From NCBI RefSeq assembly GCF_037042905.1, contig NC_087263.1, positions 10,108,001 to 10,172,000 of the forward strand: a stretch of 64,000 bases of DNA, read 5' to 3'. Of this stretch, positions 63,717 to 64,000 are shown one piece after another. Source of the stretch: Lytechinus pictus. Taxonomy: Eukaryota. The notes under the pieces were generated by a model that ran no database searches, was not told where the DNA came from, and saw only the letters and a list, made by a program, of their open reading frames with translations. The stretch's first letter is position 1; every line of letters begins with the position of its first letter. Position numbers and translations under genes: made by a program.

Positions 63717-64000
63717 TTAACCCTATATAGGCCGGGGGGGGGGGGCCTCGGAGGCCCCCCCCCCTCAACGAATCGCGCAATATTTTCGCCATGCGAAAAA
63801 ATTTTACCGCGCCGCTCGCTGACTTTTAACTTTCAAGTCTTGCGCAACTTTTGAGACCAATTTTGCATCAACCGGGTACGTGGTTCCGAAATTACGCAAC
63901 ATTATGTAAGTGCATGTCAGACCAAAAATTGCTCAAAAACATGGTTTTGTGTACAAAGTCAATGCAAATTGTGTTTTCAACCAAAATTCATAAATATATG
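63717..64000. mobile_element. piggyBac-like MITE, truncated by the window end
   Basis: ttaa|ccctatataggccggggg; internal aagtcttgcgcaacttttgagaccaa shared with 6265-6997. Confidence 0.7.

Overview
AT-rich, repeat-dense eukaryotic (animal) DNA. The spliced genes, tRNA-derived SINEs and TTAA-targeting MITEs suggest a marine invertebrate, possibly an echinoderm (inference). Two minus-strand genes were reconstructed by hand from GT-AG splice sites and reading-frame phase. (1) A complete 13-exon SLC5 sodium/solute symporter, CDS 43876->5637, 2091 nt / 696 aa, whose motifs resemble the SMIT1/SLC5A3 Na+/myo-inositol cotransporter. (2) The last 7 coding exons (63268->54696) of a BCH(Sec14-like)+RhoGAP gene of the ARHGAP1/ARHGAP8 type. 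Most ORFs in the supplied track are spurious. Less obvious signals: a decayed Transib (RAG1-related) transposase at 1-593; a minimal type I hammerhead ribozyme of the Penelope type with a U3-A8 core variant at about 25885-25930 (-); a partial duplicate of SLC5 exon 6 whose only three differences are synonymous; a duplicated splice acceptor with an immediate stop behind the RhoGAP terminal exon; a 7 x 213 bp tandem array; a multi-palindrome element; an M-box motif cluster; and several nested MITE stacks. I see no convincing evidence for a wholly new multi-gene system. Family assignments come from motif recall, not database searches.
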